A stretch of DNA of 36,849 nt from the IMG/VR virus record IMGVR_UViG_3300032218_000693, positions 1 through 36,849 of that record; one strand, written 5' to 3'. This DNA comes from a virus. Taxonomy: Duplodnaviria > Caudoviricetes. This document shows positions 9,005 to 18,916 of this stretch, piece after piece (within the stretch, counting starts at the first letter, position 1; every line of letters starts with the position of its first letter). A program made the translations under genes and the position numbers. Under the pieces are notes generated by a model. The model saw nothing but the letters and a program-made list of their open reading frames with translations, did not search any database and had not been told where the DNA came from.

Positions 9005-12000
9005 ATGCCGATTAACACAGACTTAAATATTGCGCCAATCTTTGATGATTATGACGCTAATAATCAGTATTATCGTATCTTATATCGTGCCGGTACAGCT
9101 CTTCAAGCTCGTGAACTTACTCAGATGCAAACGATGCAGCAGACTCAGATCGAGCGCATCGGCAATGTTTTCTATCGTAATGGCGACTTAGTTTCAAACA
9201 CCGGTTTCACACCCAATGACGATCCTATCAGACCTTACGCTCGCTTACAAGATAATGCGGCTAATGGTACTGGTTATGTTCTAAGCGATCTTCTTAATAC
9301 TTACGCATATGATTCTGTAGCTAATCTATCTGCTAAAGTTGTATTTGTTAAAACGGGTCTTGAATCACAATATCCAAATACGGCAACGATTTATCTAGAA
9401 TACAAGTTTGGTTCAGGTAGTAACTCAACAACATCTAGTATTCAATCGTTTTCTAATAATAGAACTCTTGAGTTTAGACAAGTCACTCAAGCTGGAAATA
9501 CAGTAGTTGCAACTATTAATACATATGCAAATACACTTGCTAATACATATGCAACGGGCAACGGTCACTTCATATCTGTTTCAGAAGGTATCATTTTTAT
9601 CAATGGTACATTCGTTAGAGTACCAAATCCTACATACGGTATCGTTAATGCATATGGTACATATGCTGGTAATACAGTAGTTGGTTTTACACTCAAAGAA
9701 GAGATCATCACTGAAGTAGATGATCCTTCACTTCTAGATAACGCTCTTGGTTATCCAAACGAAAACGCTCCCGGCGCTTGGAGATTAAAGCTTACTCCTG
9801 AACTTACTGCACTTGATCCAGCCGTTGCAGCTAACACTCCTGGATTCAACGTTATCGCTCAATATAACTATGGTAGCTTAATTTCAAAATCTACAGCCGG
9901 TAAAGACGCTTATCAAATTGCAGGTGACGTTATTGATACGAGAATGTATGAAAGTGCCGGTAACTATGTTGTAAATCCATTCACGGCAGATACTATTTCA
10001 ACTAGCCCTGATGGTGACTTTAACTCTAATTATTTCTATGGAAGAATTGGCGCCGGTATCGGTTATGTGCAAGGAACACGTGTATCTATCGATAGAACAG
10101 CTCATGTTCAGATGCGTCGTGGAATAGATACGCTTACTAAAACGTCTCAACAAATTACGTTTAACTATGGCGGCTATTACTCAGTAAATGAAGTTGCTGG
10201 TATCTTTGAATTCAATAAAGCACAAAAAGTTTACTTATATGATACCGCTCAAAAAGCTGTAACAAATAGAACGTTCGCTGAAGCATCAGTTACTGGTACT
10301 CTTATCGGTAACGCGATGGCTCGCTGCTTCACTCTTAATAATGGTGTTCCTGGAACAAACGCTGCGATCTATAACGTTCATCTATTCAACATTCAAATCG
10401 CAAATGGTTATAGCCCGGGTCAAGTAAAAGCGCTCTATGCAAACTCAACACACAAAGGTTTCGCTGATCTTTATAAGACTGGTCTTCAAGGAACATCTGC
10501 TAAGCCACAGCTTTATACGTTCGGTTTCTCGGGTATTAAGAATCTAAGAGACGCTTCAAATAACAACAACACTGAGTATCTGTATCGCACAGCAAACACT
10601 TCTGCTACGATGGCGACAGACGGTTCTGTAAGCATTATCATCAGTAGTTCTCAGCCCGGTGGTACTGACATCTTACCTTTCGGCATCGGCACTCTGAATG
10701 ATAGTGACGCACAAAGCTTCAATCTTATCTTATCTGCAAATGTAAGTACAGTTGCTCTCGCCGGTACAGTCAACGTTTACACGACTAATACGTCGGTATT
10801 AGGTACTTCTACAGCGTTCACTACAAGATTCGCGTCTGGAGATCAGATTAAAGTTGGTAGCGAGATTCGTACAGTTGCTTCGGTTTCTAATAACACCGTG
10901 CTTAATGTTGATGCACCATTCTCTGTAGCTAACACCGGACAAACTTATTATAAGACTTACCTCAAAGGTAAGATTCTACCAATCAGTTCAGTACCAGCTA
11001 CAGGTCCAGTAAGTAACATCGCTATCTCTAACTCTACAGCGTTTACAATCTATAGCGGTCAAGCTAATCTTTCTACTTCTGTAGCAGTAGACGTTGTTTA
11101 TGATGTGCTTAGAACATCAACGTCGCCTGCTAAGAAAGCTATTAAGAAAGATCGATTTGTAAAGATTAATACATCAGCTAATCCTTATGGTCCTTGGTGC
11201 TTAGGTTACTCTGACGTTCATAAAGTAAGCAAAGTTTACGCTTCAGCGGATGGCTCTTATGCATTGACTGGATTGGACGTAACGGGTAACTTTACATTTG
11301 ACACTGGGCAGAGAGACTCATACTATGATCTTGCTTATCTTTATGCTAAGCCAGGATATAGCACGAGTTCATTCCCATATCTTCTAGTACAGCTCGATTA
11401 TTTCCAAGCTAATACATCGACGGGTGTTGGTTTCTTTACGGTTGAATCATATCCAATCGATGATGCTAACACATCTAATACAACTGCGATTCAAACAAAA
11501 GACATTCCTCTTTATGTGTCAGATTCAGGTGATAAGATTTGGCTGAGAGATTACATCGACTTCCGTGCTCCGGCAACACTAACTGCTAATGACACTGGTG
11601 CTGTTGACTTAGCAAATAGTGTTTCTGTTAATAACGCTATCTCTTACGCGGTTGTGAATCCTTCTTCAGCGTTAACACTTCAAGTTCCAACTAATGGCTT
11701 GAACGTTCCTTCATATGGTGGAAACTTCCAAGCTGACTACACGATGTATCTTCCAAGAAAAGACTTGGTGTTTATCACTAAAGATAAACAAATTAAGATT
11801 AAAGAAGGTCTTCCCTCGGTAACTCCTCAGACTCCATTGTATCCTGAGAACGCGATGCCGATCGCTGTATATGATATTCCATCATTCCCATCGTTAACAA
11901 CTGATCAGATGGATTCTGAATATCTTATCAATAAAGTATCTAAAACTTTAACAAGAGATACTTCTACTAATATATCAACTTCGTTGCTTCTGAATCGTCG

Positions 12001-12730
12001 TTATAGCATGAAAGATATCGCAAAGCTTGACGATCGTATCACTAATTTAGAGTATTACACTCAGCTTTCTCTTCTTGAAAAGAAAGCTAAAGATATGACC
12101 GTAACTGATGCTAACGGTTTAGATAGATTTAAAAACGGTATCTTTGCAGATGCATTTAATTCTGATCTTTTAACCGATACTTCAAATCCTGAGAATAGTA
12201 TTTGTATCGATGCAGACTCTTCATTAGCTCGTCCATATAATATCAGGGAAGATATTCCTATTGTTTTTAATAGTGGTTCGTCTACTAGAGCTACAAAAAC
12301 GGGTCGTGCTATCACACTTCCTTATACAGAAGTTTCATTCCTTCCACAACCATATGCGACTAAATATCGTAACTCAGCACACGTGGCTTATGCTTGGCAC
12401 GGAAAACTTCAACTGTTCCCATGTTATGATAACTCAAAAGATACGGCAAACGGTGGATCACTAAGTATTACCGTTGATAACACTAAAGCATGGAAAGATT
12501 ACGCTAAGAGTCCATATGGCACAATCTGGGGTGACTGGAGAACATCAACTTCAACATCATCAAACACAGTGTTTACATCAGGTTCTGAACAGAAAACTGT
12601 AAGTGTTGACATAGGATATGTAGGTGGCAACATCAGTGAAGATGAAGCTTATAGAAGAGCAGTTCAGAAGTTAGGTGGAAATAGTGATGATTACGTAAAG
12701 GGAACTGTAACTGGAACGTTCACTGGTTAA
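9005..12730 (+). CDS. Large virion structural protein, VrlC/DUF4815-like, N-terminal part
   Basis: Motifs FDDYD..QYYRILYR.G.ALQARELTQMQ, NENAPGAWRLK, RRYSMKDIAKLDDRITNLEYYTQLSLLE and DRFKNGIFAD. These match the large post-gp8 protein of cyanophage-type T4-like phages. Confidence 0.8.
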   Translation: MPINTDLNIAPIFDDYDANNQYYRILYRAGTALQARELTQMQTMQQTQIERIGNVFYRNGDLVSNTGFTPNDDPIRPYARLQDNAANGTGYVLSDLLNTYAYDSVANLSAKVVFVKTGLESQYPNTATIYLEYKFGSGSNSTTSSIQSFSNNRTLEFRQVTQAGNTVVATINTYANTLANTYATGNGHFISVSEGIIFINGTFVRVPNPTYGIVNAYGTYAGNTVVGFTLKEEIITEVDDPSLLDNALGYPNENAPGAWRLKLTPELTALDPAVAANTPGFNVIAQYNYGSLISKSTAGKDAYQIAGDVIDTRMYESAGNYVVNPFTADTISTSPDGDFNSNYFYGRIGAGIGYVQGTRVSIDRTAHVQMRRGIDTLTKTSQQITFNYGGYYSVNEVAGIFEFNKAQKVYLYDTAQKAVTNRTFAEASVTGTLIGNAMARCFTLNNGVPGTNAAIYNVHLFNIQIANGYSPGQVKALYANSTHKGFADLYKTGLQGTSAKPQLYTFGFSGIKNLRDASNNNNTEYLYRTANTSATMATDGSVSIIISSSQPGGTDILPFGIGTLNDSDAQSFNLILSANVSTVALAGTVNVYTTNTSVLGTSTAFTTRFASGDQIKVGSEIRTVASVSNNTVLNVDAPFSVANTGQTYYKTYLKGKILPISSVPATGPVSNIAISNSTAFTIYSGQANLSTSVAVDVVYDVLRTSTSPAKKAIKKDRFVKINTSANPYGPWCLGYSDVHKVSKVYASADGSYALTGLDVTGNFTFDTGQRDSYYDLAYLYAKPGYSTSSFPYLLVQLDYFQANTSTGVGFFTVESYPIDDANTSNTTAIQTKDIPLYVSDSGDKIWLRDYIDFRAPATLTANDTGAVDLANSVSVNNAISYAVVNPSSALTLQVPTNGLNVPSYGGNFQADYTMYLPRKDLVFITKDKQIKIKEGLPSVTPQTPLYPENAMPIAVYDIPSFPSLTTDQMDSEYLINKVSKTLTRDTSTNISTSLLLNRRYSMKDIAKLDDRITNLEYYTQLSLLEKKAKDMTVTDANGLDRFKNGIFADAFNSDLLTDTSNPENSICIDADSSLARPYNIREDIPIVFNSGSSTRATKTGRAITLPYTEVSFLPQPYATKYRNSAHVAYAWHGKLQLFPCYDNSKDTANGGSLSITVDNTKAWKDYAKSPYGTIWGDWRTSTSTSSNTVFTSGSEQKTVSVDIGYVGGNISEDEAYRRAVQKLGGNSDDYVKGTVTGTFTG

Positions 12731-12767
12731 TATTTTTGCTATGAGAAAATCGATTTAGGAGATTAAA

Positions 12768-15434
12768 TTGGCAGGTACAAGTACAACAACAACTACTACT
12801 ACGACTACATCTAATCGTACTGGTACTACGATGGAGGTTGGATCGTCTAATTCAACGTACTCAGTTGGTGATGTTGTCACTGACGTTACGATGAATCCTT
12901 ATATTGCTAATAGAATCGTATCATTCTTAGCATATAACATGCGTCCTAACCAAAGACTTCATGCTTTCTTTGATGGTGTTAATGTTGATGAACATTGTGC
13001 ACCAGGTATTGTTCCTACAACAGTTGCAGATACTGCAGACTATAAATCAATCTTAAAAAATGGTAACTTTGGTGATCCTCTCGTTTCAGATATCAATGGT
13101 ATTGTAGCTGGTCAGTTTAACATCCCCGCTGGTAAGTTTAAGACCGGTGATAGATTGTTTGAACTCGCGGACGTTGATAGTATCACAGCCGGTTCTGATG
13201 CTTATACAACTATTGCTCACTCAAACTTTACTGCTTCTAATTTAACTACGACAAAAAAGTCGGTTACTTTAACGACTGTAAATCCTGAGATTAAGTATGT
13301 TCCAACCGCGCAAACTACTACATCATCATCAAATACAATCATTATCAATAAAGTTCGAGATATTGTAAATGTAACTTATTCTTGGGAACCTCTCGCTCAA
13401 GGTCTTACTATCAATACACCTGATAATCAACCGGGCATTTTTGCAACTTCTATTGATCTTTACTTTAAACAAAAAGCACAAAATGTTAACAACGGTATTC
13501 AAGTTTATCTAACAGAGATTAATAATGGTTATCCAGATGGAAAAGCCATTTTGCCTTTCTCAACAGTTTCGAAAAAACGTGATGACGTTGTAGTAAGTGA
13601 TAATGCAGCTTTAGAAACAACTTTTACATTTGAAGCTCCAGTCTATCTACAAAATGGTAAAGAGTATGCTGTTGTTATTAAACCTGATGCAAACGATGAA
13701 GACTATTTTGTTTGGACTGCTAAACTTGGTGACAATGATGTTGCTACAGGTCTTCAGATGTTTAGTCAACCTATTCTTGGTACGGTTTTCTATGGTGCAA
13801 CTACCACGGAGTGGACAGCTGTACAAGATGAGTACATTAAGTTTAACTTAAAGAGAGCTAGCTTCTCAAACGCTACCGGCACTGCTGTTTTCAATAACTC
13901 AAACACAGACTTCTTGAATGTAGAGAATATCTCATACGCTAACACGTCGGCTGGTATTAAAGCTGGCGATTACGCGTTTAAAGCTACTAACTCAACGGTA
14001 ACGACAACTAACACTTCGATACAAGGTATCGTTGAATATTATGATTCATCTAAGAACATTGTGTATATCACAAATGATAGCGGTAACGCATTTGCTAATA
14101 ATAGTTACATTCAGATTCATAGATTCGCAAACTCTACGTTAGCATCATCTCCTAACACGAGTACATTTATCGCTGGCGCTAACGTTATATCTACTAAGAA
14201 TCCCGTTGTTGACGCTATTGCAGCTAACTTTGCAACAGTTCTTCCACCAGGTACAAGCATCAATTATAACTACATTGGAACAAGCAATACATTTTCAGTA
14301 GATAGCACCACATTAAAAATTAAATCTGGACATGAAACAGAATTCTTCGACAAAGAAAGAATTGTTGCTTCTAAGTCGACTGAGCTTGGTTCGATGAGTG
14401 GTAATAAGTCTATGACCATTTCTGCAGATATGTTTACTGACACAGAGTATCTTTCACCACTTATCGATACAGTAAGATATAAGCAAGTAGTGATTCAAAA
14501 TGACATTGATCCTGTTGGAATAAGTTACGATGAGTATTTCAATTCAGGTGCTGCTAAGTCAAAGTATATCTCTAAAGTTATTACTTTGGCGGAAGGTCAA
14601 GATGCTGAAGATCTTCAAGTGATCATCTCAGCTTATCGTCCACCAAGTTCAGATATTCAAGTATATGTAAAATTCTTAAACGGTGAAGACGGTGAACCAA
14701 TCTCACTTAAGACTTGGGCACCTTTGGTAAGTAAAGCGCCTGATCTTTACAGCAACCCAAGTAACCCAACTGATATGCGCGAGTTTGTTTATATCGTACC
14801 TAAGTATTATGGTCTTAAGCCAACAACCGGTGTCATAACTTGTACTAATTCTTCAGCTACTGTTACAGGTGTAGGTACTGCTTTCACAACAGATTTGAAA
14901 GTTGGTTACTTTATTAACATGAGAGCTAACACTACTTTTGGCGAAACTACACGTAAAGTTGTTGCGATTGCTAACAACACCCAATTAACTCTTGACGCGC
15001 CATTCTTTGGTAACTATACAACAAACGCTTACTTCTTAGTTCCGCCTCCAACGACGCCTTGGTTGTCAGAAAGTACTAAGACTCAGCTATCGGGTAACGT
15101 TGCAGCTTACACTACGACAAATATTATTACAGGTGCAAACACAAACTTTGATACTGAGTTGAGACCGGGTACTATCATCTCAATCAATGATGATGAGCAA
15201 GTTGTAGTAAGCATTACTAACAGTACATCTCTCGCAGTTGGTACACCTTGGTCTGCAAACGTTTCAGGAATAAATGCTTATTCAGTAACACCTGCGGGCG
15301 TCACTTACTTGAACTCTTCAAACAATCAATACACAACATTTAAACGATTCCAGATCAAAGCAATCTTGCAGTCAGATAGTTCTGCAACGGTTCCAAGAAT
15401 GGATGACGTTAGAGCTCTAGCGTTGCAGCTATAA
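12768..15434 (+). CDS. Large virion structural protein, VrlC/DUF4815-like, C-terminal part
   Basis: TTG start with SD AGGAGA at 12757-12762. Motifs FFDGVNV, EPLAQ, SIDLYF, TFTFEAPVYL, SKYISK.ITL and C-terminal F.IK.IL.S..VPR..D.RALAL. Confidence 0.8.
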   Translation: MAGTSTTTTTTTTTSNRTGTTMEVGSSNSTYSVGDVVTDVTMNPYIANRIVSFLAYNMRPNQRLHAFFDGVNVDEHCAPGIVPTTVADTADYKSILKNGNFGDPLVSDINGIVAGQFNIPAGKFKTGDRLFELADVDSITAGSDAYTTIAHSNFTASNLTTTKKSVTLTTVNPEIKYVPTAQTTTSSSNTIIINKVRDIVNVTYSWEPLAQGLTINTPDNQPGIFATSIDLYFKQKAQNVNNGIQVYLTEINNGYPDGKAILPFSTVSKKRDDVVVSDNAALETTFTFEAPVYLQNGKEYAVVIKPDANDEDYFVWTAKLGDNDVATGLQMFSQPILGTVFYGATTTEWTAVQDEYIKFNLKRASFSNATGTAVFNNSNTDFLNVENISYANTSAGIKAGDYAFKATNSTVTTTNTSIQGIVEYYDSSKNIVYITNDSGNAFANNSYIQIHRFANSTLASSPNTSTFIAGANVISTKNPVVDAIAANFATVLPPGTSINYNYIGTSNTFSVDSTTLKIKSGHETEFFDKERIVASKSTELGSMSGNKSMTISADMFTDTEYLSPLIDTVRYKQVVIQNDIDPVGISYDEYFNSGAAKSKYISKVITLAEGQDAEDLQVIISAYRPPSSDIQVYVKFLNGEDGEPISLKTWAPLVSKAPDLYSNPSNPTDMREFVYIVPKYYGLKPTTGVITCTNSSATVTGVGTAFTTDLKVGYFINMRANTTFGETTRKVVAIANNTQLTLDAPFFGNYTTNAYFLVPPPTTPWLSESTKTQLSGNVAAYTTTNIITGANTNFDTELRPGTIISINDDEQVVVSITNSTSLAVGTPWSANVSGINAYSVTPAGVTYLNSSNNQYTTFKRFQIKAILQSDSSATVPRMDDVRALALQL

Positions 15435-15435
15435 T

Positions 15436-15648
15436 ATGTCAGATAAATATCTAATGACTGACTTTGAAGGTTTAGTGAAAGATCCAAATTCAGGTGCAGT
15501 ATTAAGTGTTGATAATGAACGCTTAAAAGCTTATAAGAAGCAAAAAGCGGCGTTTGAAACAACACGTGATTCTAGTAAGCGACTCGATAAGCTAGAGAAT
15601 GACATGTCAGATATTAAACAGATGTTACAACAATTGTTAACGAGATAG
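15436..15648 (+). CDS. Small coiled-coil protein downstream of the VrlC-like gene
   Basis: LVKDPNSGAVL followed by the heptad-like LENDMSDIKQMLQQLL. Tightly packed with its neighbours. Confidence 0.7.
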   Translation: MSDKYLMTDFEGLVKDPNSGAVLSVDNERLKAYKKQKAAFETTRDSSKRLDKLENDMSDIKQMLQQLLTR

Positions 15649-15653
15649 GTTAA

Positions 15654-16232
15654 ATGACAGCAACAATTCAAAATACCGTAGTATCGAGCACGTTTGATTT
15701 CTGGAGAAACCGAACAAACGAACTCGCATACGCGATGTCTACTATCGCTGTCACGACTAACTCAAACACTGCAGTTGGTAACGCTGCCATCACAGGTCAA
15801 TTTACTGCTAACGCTATTTTGATCTCAAATGGTTCTACTAGTATAGCTCTTAATACACCTAACTCAGCAGTCATAGCTTCGGGACTTTACGGCCTCAGTG
15901 CGAACGGCGGTTGGGTATATCGTCCAGTCTCCAACGGTGTTGTAGTAACAACTGGAACGAGTACACAGAACGTAGATAGCTGGCTTATTTCAACATATTC
16001 TACCGCTGAGTATGCAGTCAACGTTAAAGACAACGCAGCCAATGGTTTCTCCGCTACAAAGATTCTAGTAGTACATGACACTGGTAATAGTTACATCACT
16101 GAGTATGGCACTATCAACTCGAATGGATCTTTGGGTACATTTAGTTCAACTACTAACGCTACCCACGTCGTAGTTAGATTTACACCAACGTCTGTTAATA
16201 CCACTGTTAAGTATGCAAGGACTCTCATCTAA
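15654..16232 (+). CDS. Short fibre/adaptor protein
   Basis: N-terminus STFDFWRNRTN. C-terminal beta domain DSW...YSTAEY...ILVVHD...YITEYG, recognised from phage fibre proteins. Confidence 0.65.
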   Translation: MTATIQNTVVSSTFDFWRNRTNELAYAMSTIAVTTNSNTAVGNAAITGQFTANAILISNGSTSIALNTPNSAVIASGLYGLSANGGWVYRPVSNGVVVTTGTSTQNVDSWLISTYSTAEYAVNVKDNAANGFSATKILVVHDTGNSYITEYGTINSNGSLGTFSSTTNATHVVVRFTPTSVNTTVKYARTLI

Positions 16233-16567
16233 TGGCTACTAAAGCTAACTTAGTTATTGATCAGGGAACGTCTTACTCTACCACTTTGACTCTTACAGAT
16301 GATAACGGTGACCCGCTAACTTTGAATGGTTTCACCGCTAACTCACAGATGAGAAAGTGGTACACTTCTGTTAATCCCGCTGCAGTCTTTGCGACATCGA
16401 TTAATACTACCTCAGCAGTTGTAACTCTATCACTAACGGCTAATCAGACCAGTTCTCTTACAGCAGGTAGATATGTTTATGACGTTGAGTTGACAGACAC
16501 ATATGCAAATACGATATCGAGAATAGTTGAGGGTATCGTTACGGTTACCCCACAAGTAACGAGATAG
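16232..16567 (+). CDS. Virion beta-sandwich adaptor protein (BppU-N-like)
   Basis: Motifs ANLVIDQGTSY, SQMRK, LSLTANQT..L.AGRYVYDVEL and RIVEG.VTVTP. Confidence 0.75.
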   Translation: MATKANLVIDQGTSYSTTLTLTDDNGDPLTLNGFTANSQMRKWYTSVNPAAVFATSINTTSAVVTLSLTANQTSSLTAGRYVYDVELTDTYANTISRIVEGIVTVTPQVTR

Positions 16568-16569
16568 AT

Positions 16570-16833
16570 ATGGCTAACATAGTCGTAGCTAGACAAAGAA
16601 ATATACAGGTTTCCACCAATGCTACTGGTGGGATCATACAGACTACTGTACCGGTAACCCTACAGAGTGTTCCGACCCTATCTTCCGCGAATACAAGACT
16701 TAAACTTGAAGATTTAATAGACGTAGACGTAGGTACCGAAGTTGAGGGAGCTACACTTGTCTATCATGCAAATACTGAAACTTTTGTTATTGAGCCTGCC
16801 ACTATCGACAAGATAGACGGTGGGACTTTCTAA
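16570..16833 (+). CDS. Small fibre connector ending in DGGTF
   Basis: L.DL.DVD....GATLVY motif and C-terminal IDGGTF. Confidence 0.65.
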   Translation: MANIVVARQRNIQVSTNATGGIIQTTVPVTLQSVPTLSSANTRLKLEDLIDVDVGTEVEGATLVYHANTETFVIEPATIDKIDGGTF

Positions 16834-16836
16834 AAG

Positions 16837-16843
16837 ATAAATA
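16837..16843 (+). promoter_or_regulatory. T4-like late promoter box ATAAATA
   Basis: Intergenic, about 30 nt before the 16875 ATG, with SD GAGGA between them. Matches the T4 gp55 TATAAATA core. Confidence 0.7.
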
Positions 16844-16874
16844 GAAAAAAATCCCATAACAAGAGGACCAAACA

Positions 16875-18656
16875 ATGGTTGCCAGCGCAAACAAGATTCA
16901 AATTAAAAGAAGTACCGCTAATGGCGTAGTCACGGGGCTGGCAAACGGTGAATTAGCTTTTACCCAAGCGAGTAATACCCTCTGGATCGGTCTACCCGAT
17001 GGCTCGGGAGTAGTCTCAATCGCCGGTGAGAGAAATCCCGGCACATTAACTGCCAATCAAGCTTTAGTAGCTAACTCAACTTCTGGTATCGATAAGGTTA
17101 TCGTTGCTAACCTTAATGTACAAAAAGTATACGCCAATGGTGCGGTAGGAAACGCTGGTTTTGTTCTAGCTTCTGGCGCCGGAGCTAATGCTTACTGGGT
17201 AGATCCAGGTACTTTCTCAACCAGCGCGGCCGGTTCTAACACATACGTACAGTTCAATAACTCTGGAGCGTTTGGTGCTACTGCCAATCTTACGTTTGAC
17301 AGTGGTACTTCTACTCTATACACGCCTAATATCAACGTTGGCACTATATATTTCTCTGGATCCGGCGAGAGTATCAACTCTACTACTTACACTGGAACGA
17401 CTAACAACGCTACATATGCGTTTGGTAAGTCAGAAGGCGATCTCAATGTAAACAACGCCACTACTTCTGACACAGCTAATAACGCTACGTATGCTTTCGG
17501 CAAGTCAGAAGGCGACCTTAATGTCAATAACGCTATTACTTCAGATACTGCCAACAATGCTACATATGCATTTGGCAAGTCCGAAGGAGACTTGAATGTT
17601 AATAGCGCATCTACTGCGGTAGATGCCAACAATGCGACATATCTTGGTAGTAACACAGTTGCTGACATTGTTACTCTTGCAGTAGCAAATACCCAGTCAA
17701 ATAATAATACATTTACTGGCAATAATATATTCCAGGGTAATACTGACTTCCAAGGTCAGATTGCTAACAACTTTATTCCAACGGCTAATAATACATATAG
17801 CCTTGGTAATTCTTCAATGCGTTGGGCCAATCTATATCTTTCTGGTTCAACTATTGTTCTTGGCAATTCAAATATTTCTGACACTGCAAATGGCGTAACA
17901 ATTGATAATTTTGAATCTACATCAAACGCATTCTTTGCTAATGTACAGATTTCTTCATATATTGTTTCAAATGCTACGCCTGGTACAAATACCACTTACT
18001 ATCTTGGTACTTCATCTAACTGGTGGGCTAATGCTTTCATTGGCGGTATTACTGCTAATACCGGTAGCTTTACAGGTGATGTAACCGTTGGTCGTAACCT
18101 TATCGTTAGTGGCAACGTTACTACACAAAACGTTCAGTCGATTATCGTTTCTGATCCATTAATATTCCTTGCCGGCAATAACACATCATCTGATATGCTC
18201 GACATCGGTTTCGCCGGTCAGTACTACGATGGCGGAAATGAAAGATGGACGGGTCTTTATAGAGACCATGCAGATAGCGGTATCTATAAACTATTCACTA
18301 ATACTTTACAAAACTTACTATCAAATAATGATATCGATCCTACTTACAGTGGATATCAAACAGCTACTTTACAAACATACCTATTATCAGGTGGCTTAGT
18401 AGCTAATGCTTCTAATGTTCAGATCACAGCAAATGGTACGTATGGCGTCAGCATCGTAGCTAACACTCTAACGTTAACTTCTGCTTTAAATTCTAACTCT
18501 GGTGGTACCGGTCAGTCGTCATATACCGCCGGTGACTTACTTTACGCGAATGGAACATATTCGGTAGCAAAGTTAGGTGTTGGCGCTAATGGTGAAGTTT
18601 TACAGATCGTAAATAACTTACCGGCTTACGGTAGTCTCGATGGTGGTACATTCTAA
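16875..18656 (+). CDS. Tail fibre segment (IQIKRS...GELA N-domain, DGGTF C-terminus)
   Basis: N-terminus KIQIKRS..LANGELAF, three 20-aa repeats, a V.DPLI.LA..N..DIGF.G.Y module and C-terminal LDGGTF. Confidence 0.8.
   Translation: MVASANKIQIKRSTANGVVTGLANGELAFTQASNTLWIGLPDGSGVVSIAGERNPGTLTANQALVANSTSGIDKVIVANLNVQKVYANGAVGNAGFVLASGAGANAYWVDPGTFSTSAAGSNTYVQFNNSGAFGATANLTFDSGTSTLYTPNINVGTIYFSGSGESINSTTYTGTTNNATYAFGKSEGDLNVNNATTSDTANNATYAFGKSEGDLNVNNAITSDTANNATYAFGKSEGDLNVNSASTAVDANNATYLGSNTVADIVTLAVANTQSNNNTFTGNNIFQGNTDFQGQIANNFIPTANNTYSLGNSSMRWANLYLSGSTIVLGNSNISDTANGVTIDNFESTSNAFFANVQISSYIVSNATPGTNTTYYLGTSSNWWANAFIGGITANTGSFTGDVTVGRNLIVSGNVTTQNVQSIIVSDPLIFLAGNNTSSDMLDIGFAGQYYDGGNERWTGLYRDHADSGIYKLFTNTLQNLLSNNDIDPTYSGYQTATLQTYLLSGGLVANASNVQITANGTYGVSIVANTLTLTSALNSNSGGTGQSSYTAGDLLYANGTYSVAKLGVGANGEVLQIVNNLPAYGSLDGGTF
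17403..17645 (+). repeat. Tandem coding repeats NNATYAFGKSEGDLNVN(N/S)A (three full copies, 75-nt period)
   Basis: Visible in the translation and in DNA as GG(T/C)AAGTC(A/C)GAAGG(C/A)GA at about 17424, 17499 and 17574. Confidence 0.85.
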
Positions 18657-18667
18657 TAAGGTGATAG

Positions 18668-18883
18668 ATGGATACTGAATTTATTAATGCTTACATTGAA
18701 CGTTTGATGCAAGAGATAGCTGAGTTGACGAAGACGAGAATGTTATCAGAAACTCAGCTGAAGATAACTCTTGCTAAATACAATGAGTTGCAAGTACAAT
18801 ATAAGAGTCTTGCGGAACAGAATGAAAAATTAGAAGCTAGCTTAAATAAGAAAGCTTCTAAGCAAAAAGAAGACGTTTTTTAA
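18668..18883 (+). CDS. Small coiled-coil protein, possible fibre chaperone
   Basis: 71 aa with a heptad pattern throughout and SD AAGGTG. Sits between fibre genes. Confidence 0.65.
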   Translation: MDTEFINAYIERLMQEIAELTKTRMLSETQLKITLAKYNELQVQYKSLAEQNEKLEASLNKKASKQKEDVF

Positions 18884-18885
18884 TA

Positions 18886-18910
18886 CCTCGGTATATACCG
18901 CTCGTGAGGA
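18886..18910 (+). promoter_or_regulatory. Leader hairpin that could sequester the SD of 18917
   Basis: Perfect palindrome CGGTATATACCG at 18889-18900. CCTC at 18886-18889 is complementary to the SD GAGG at 18906-18909. Confidence 0.55.
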
Positions 18911-18916
18911 TGCCAG

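Noticed and set aside
12741-12770. TAG recoding or readthrough joining the split gene
   Set aside because: The upstream ORF ends in TAA in a different frame. TAG serves as a normal stop at 7435, 15648 and 16567.
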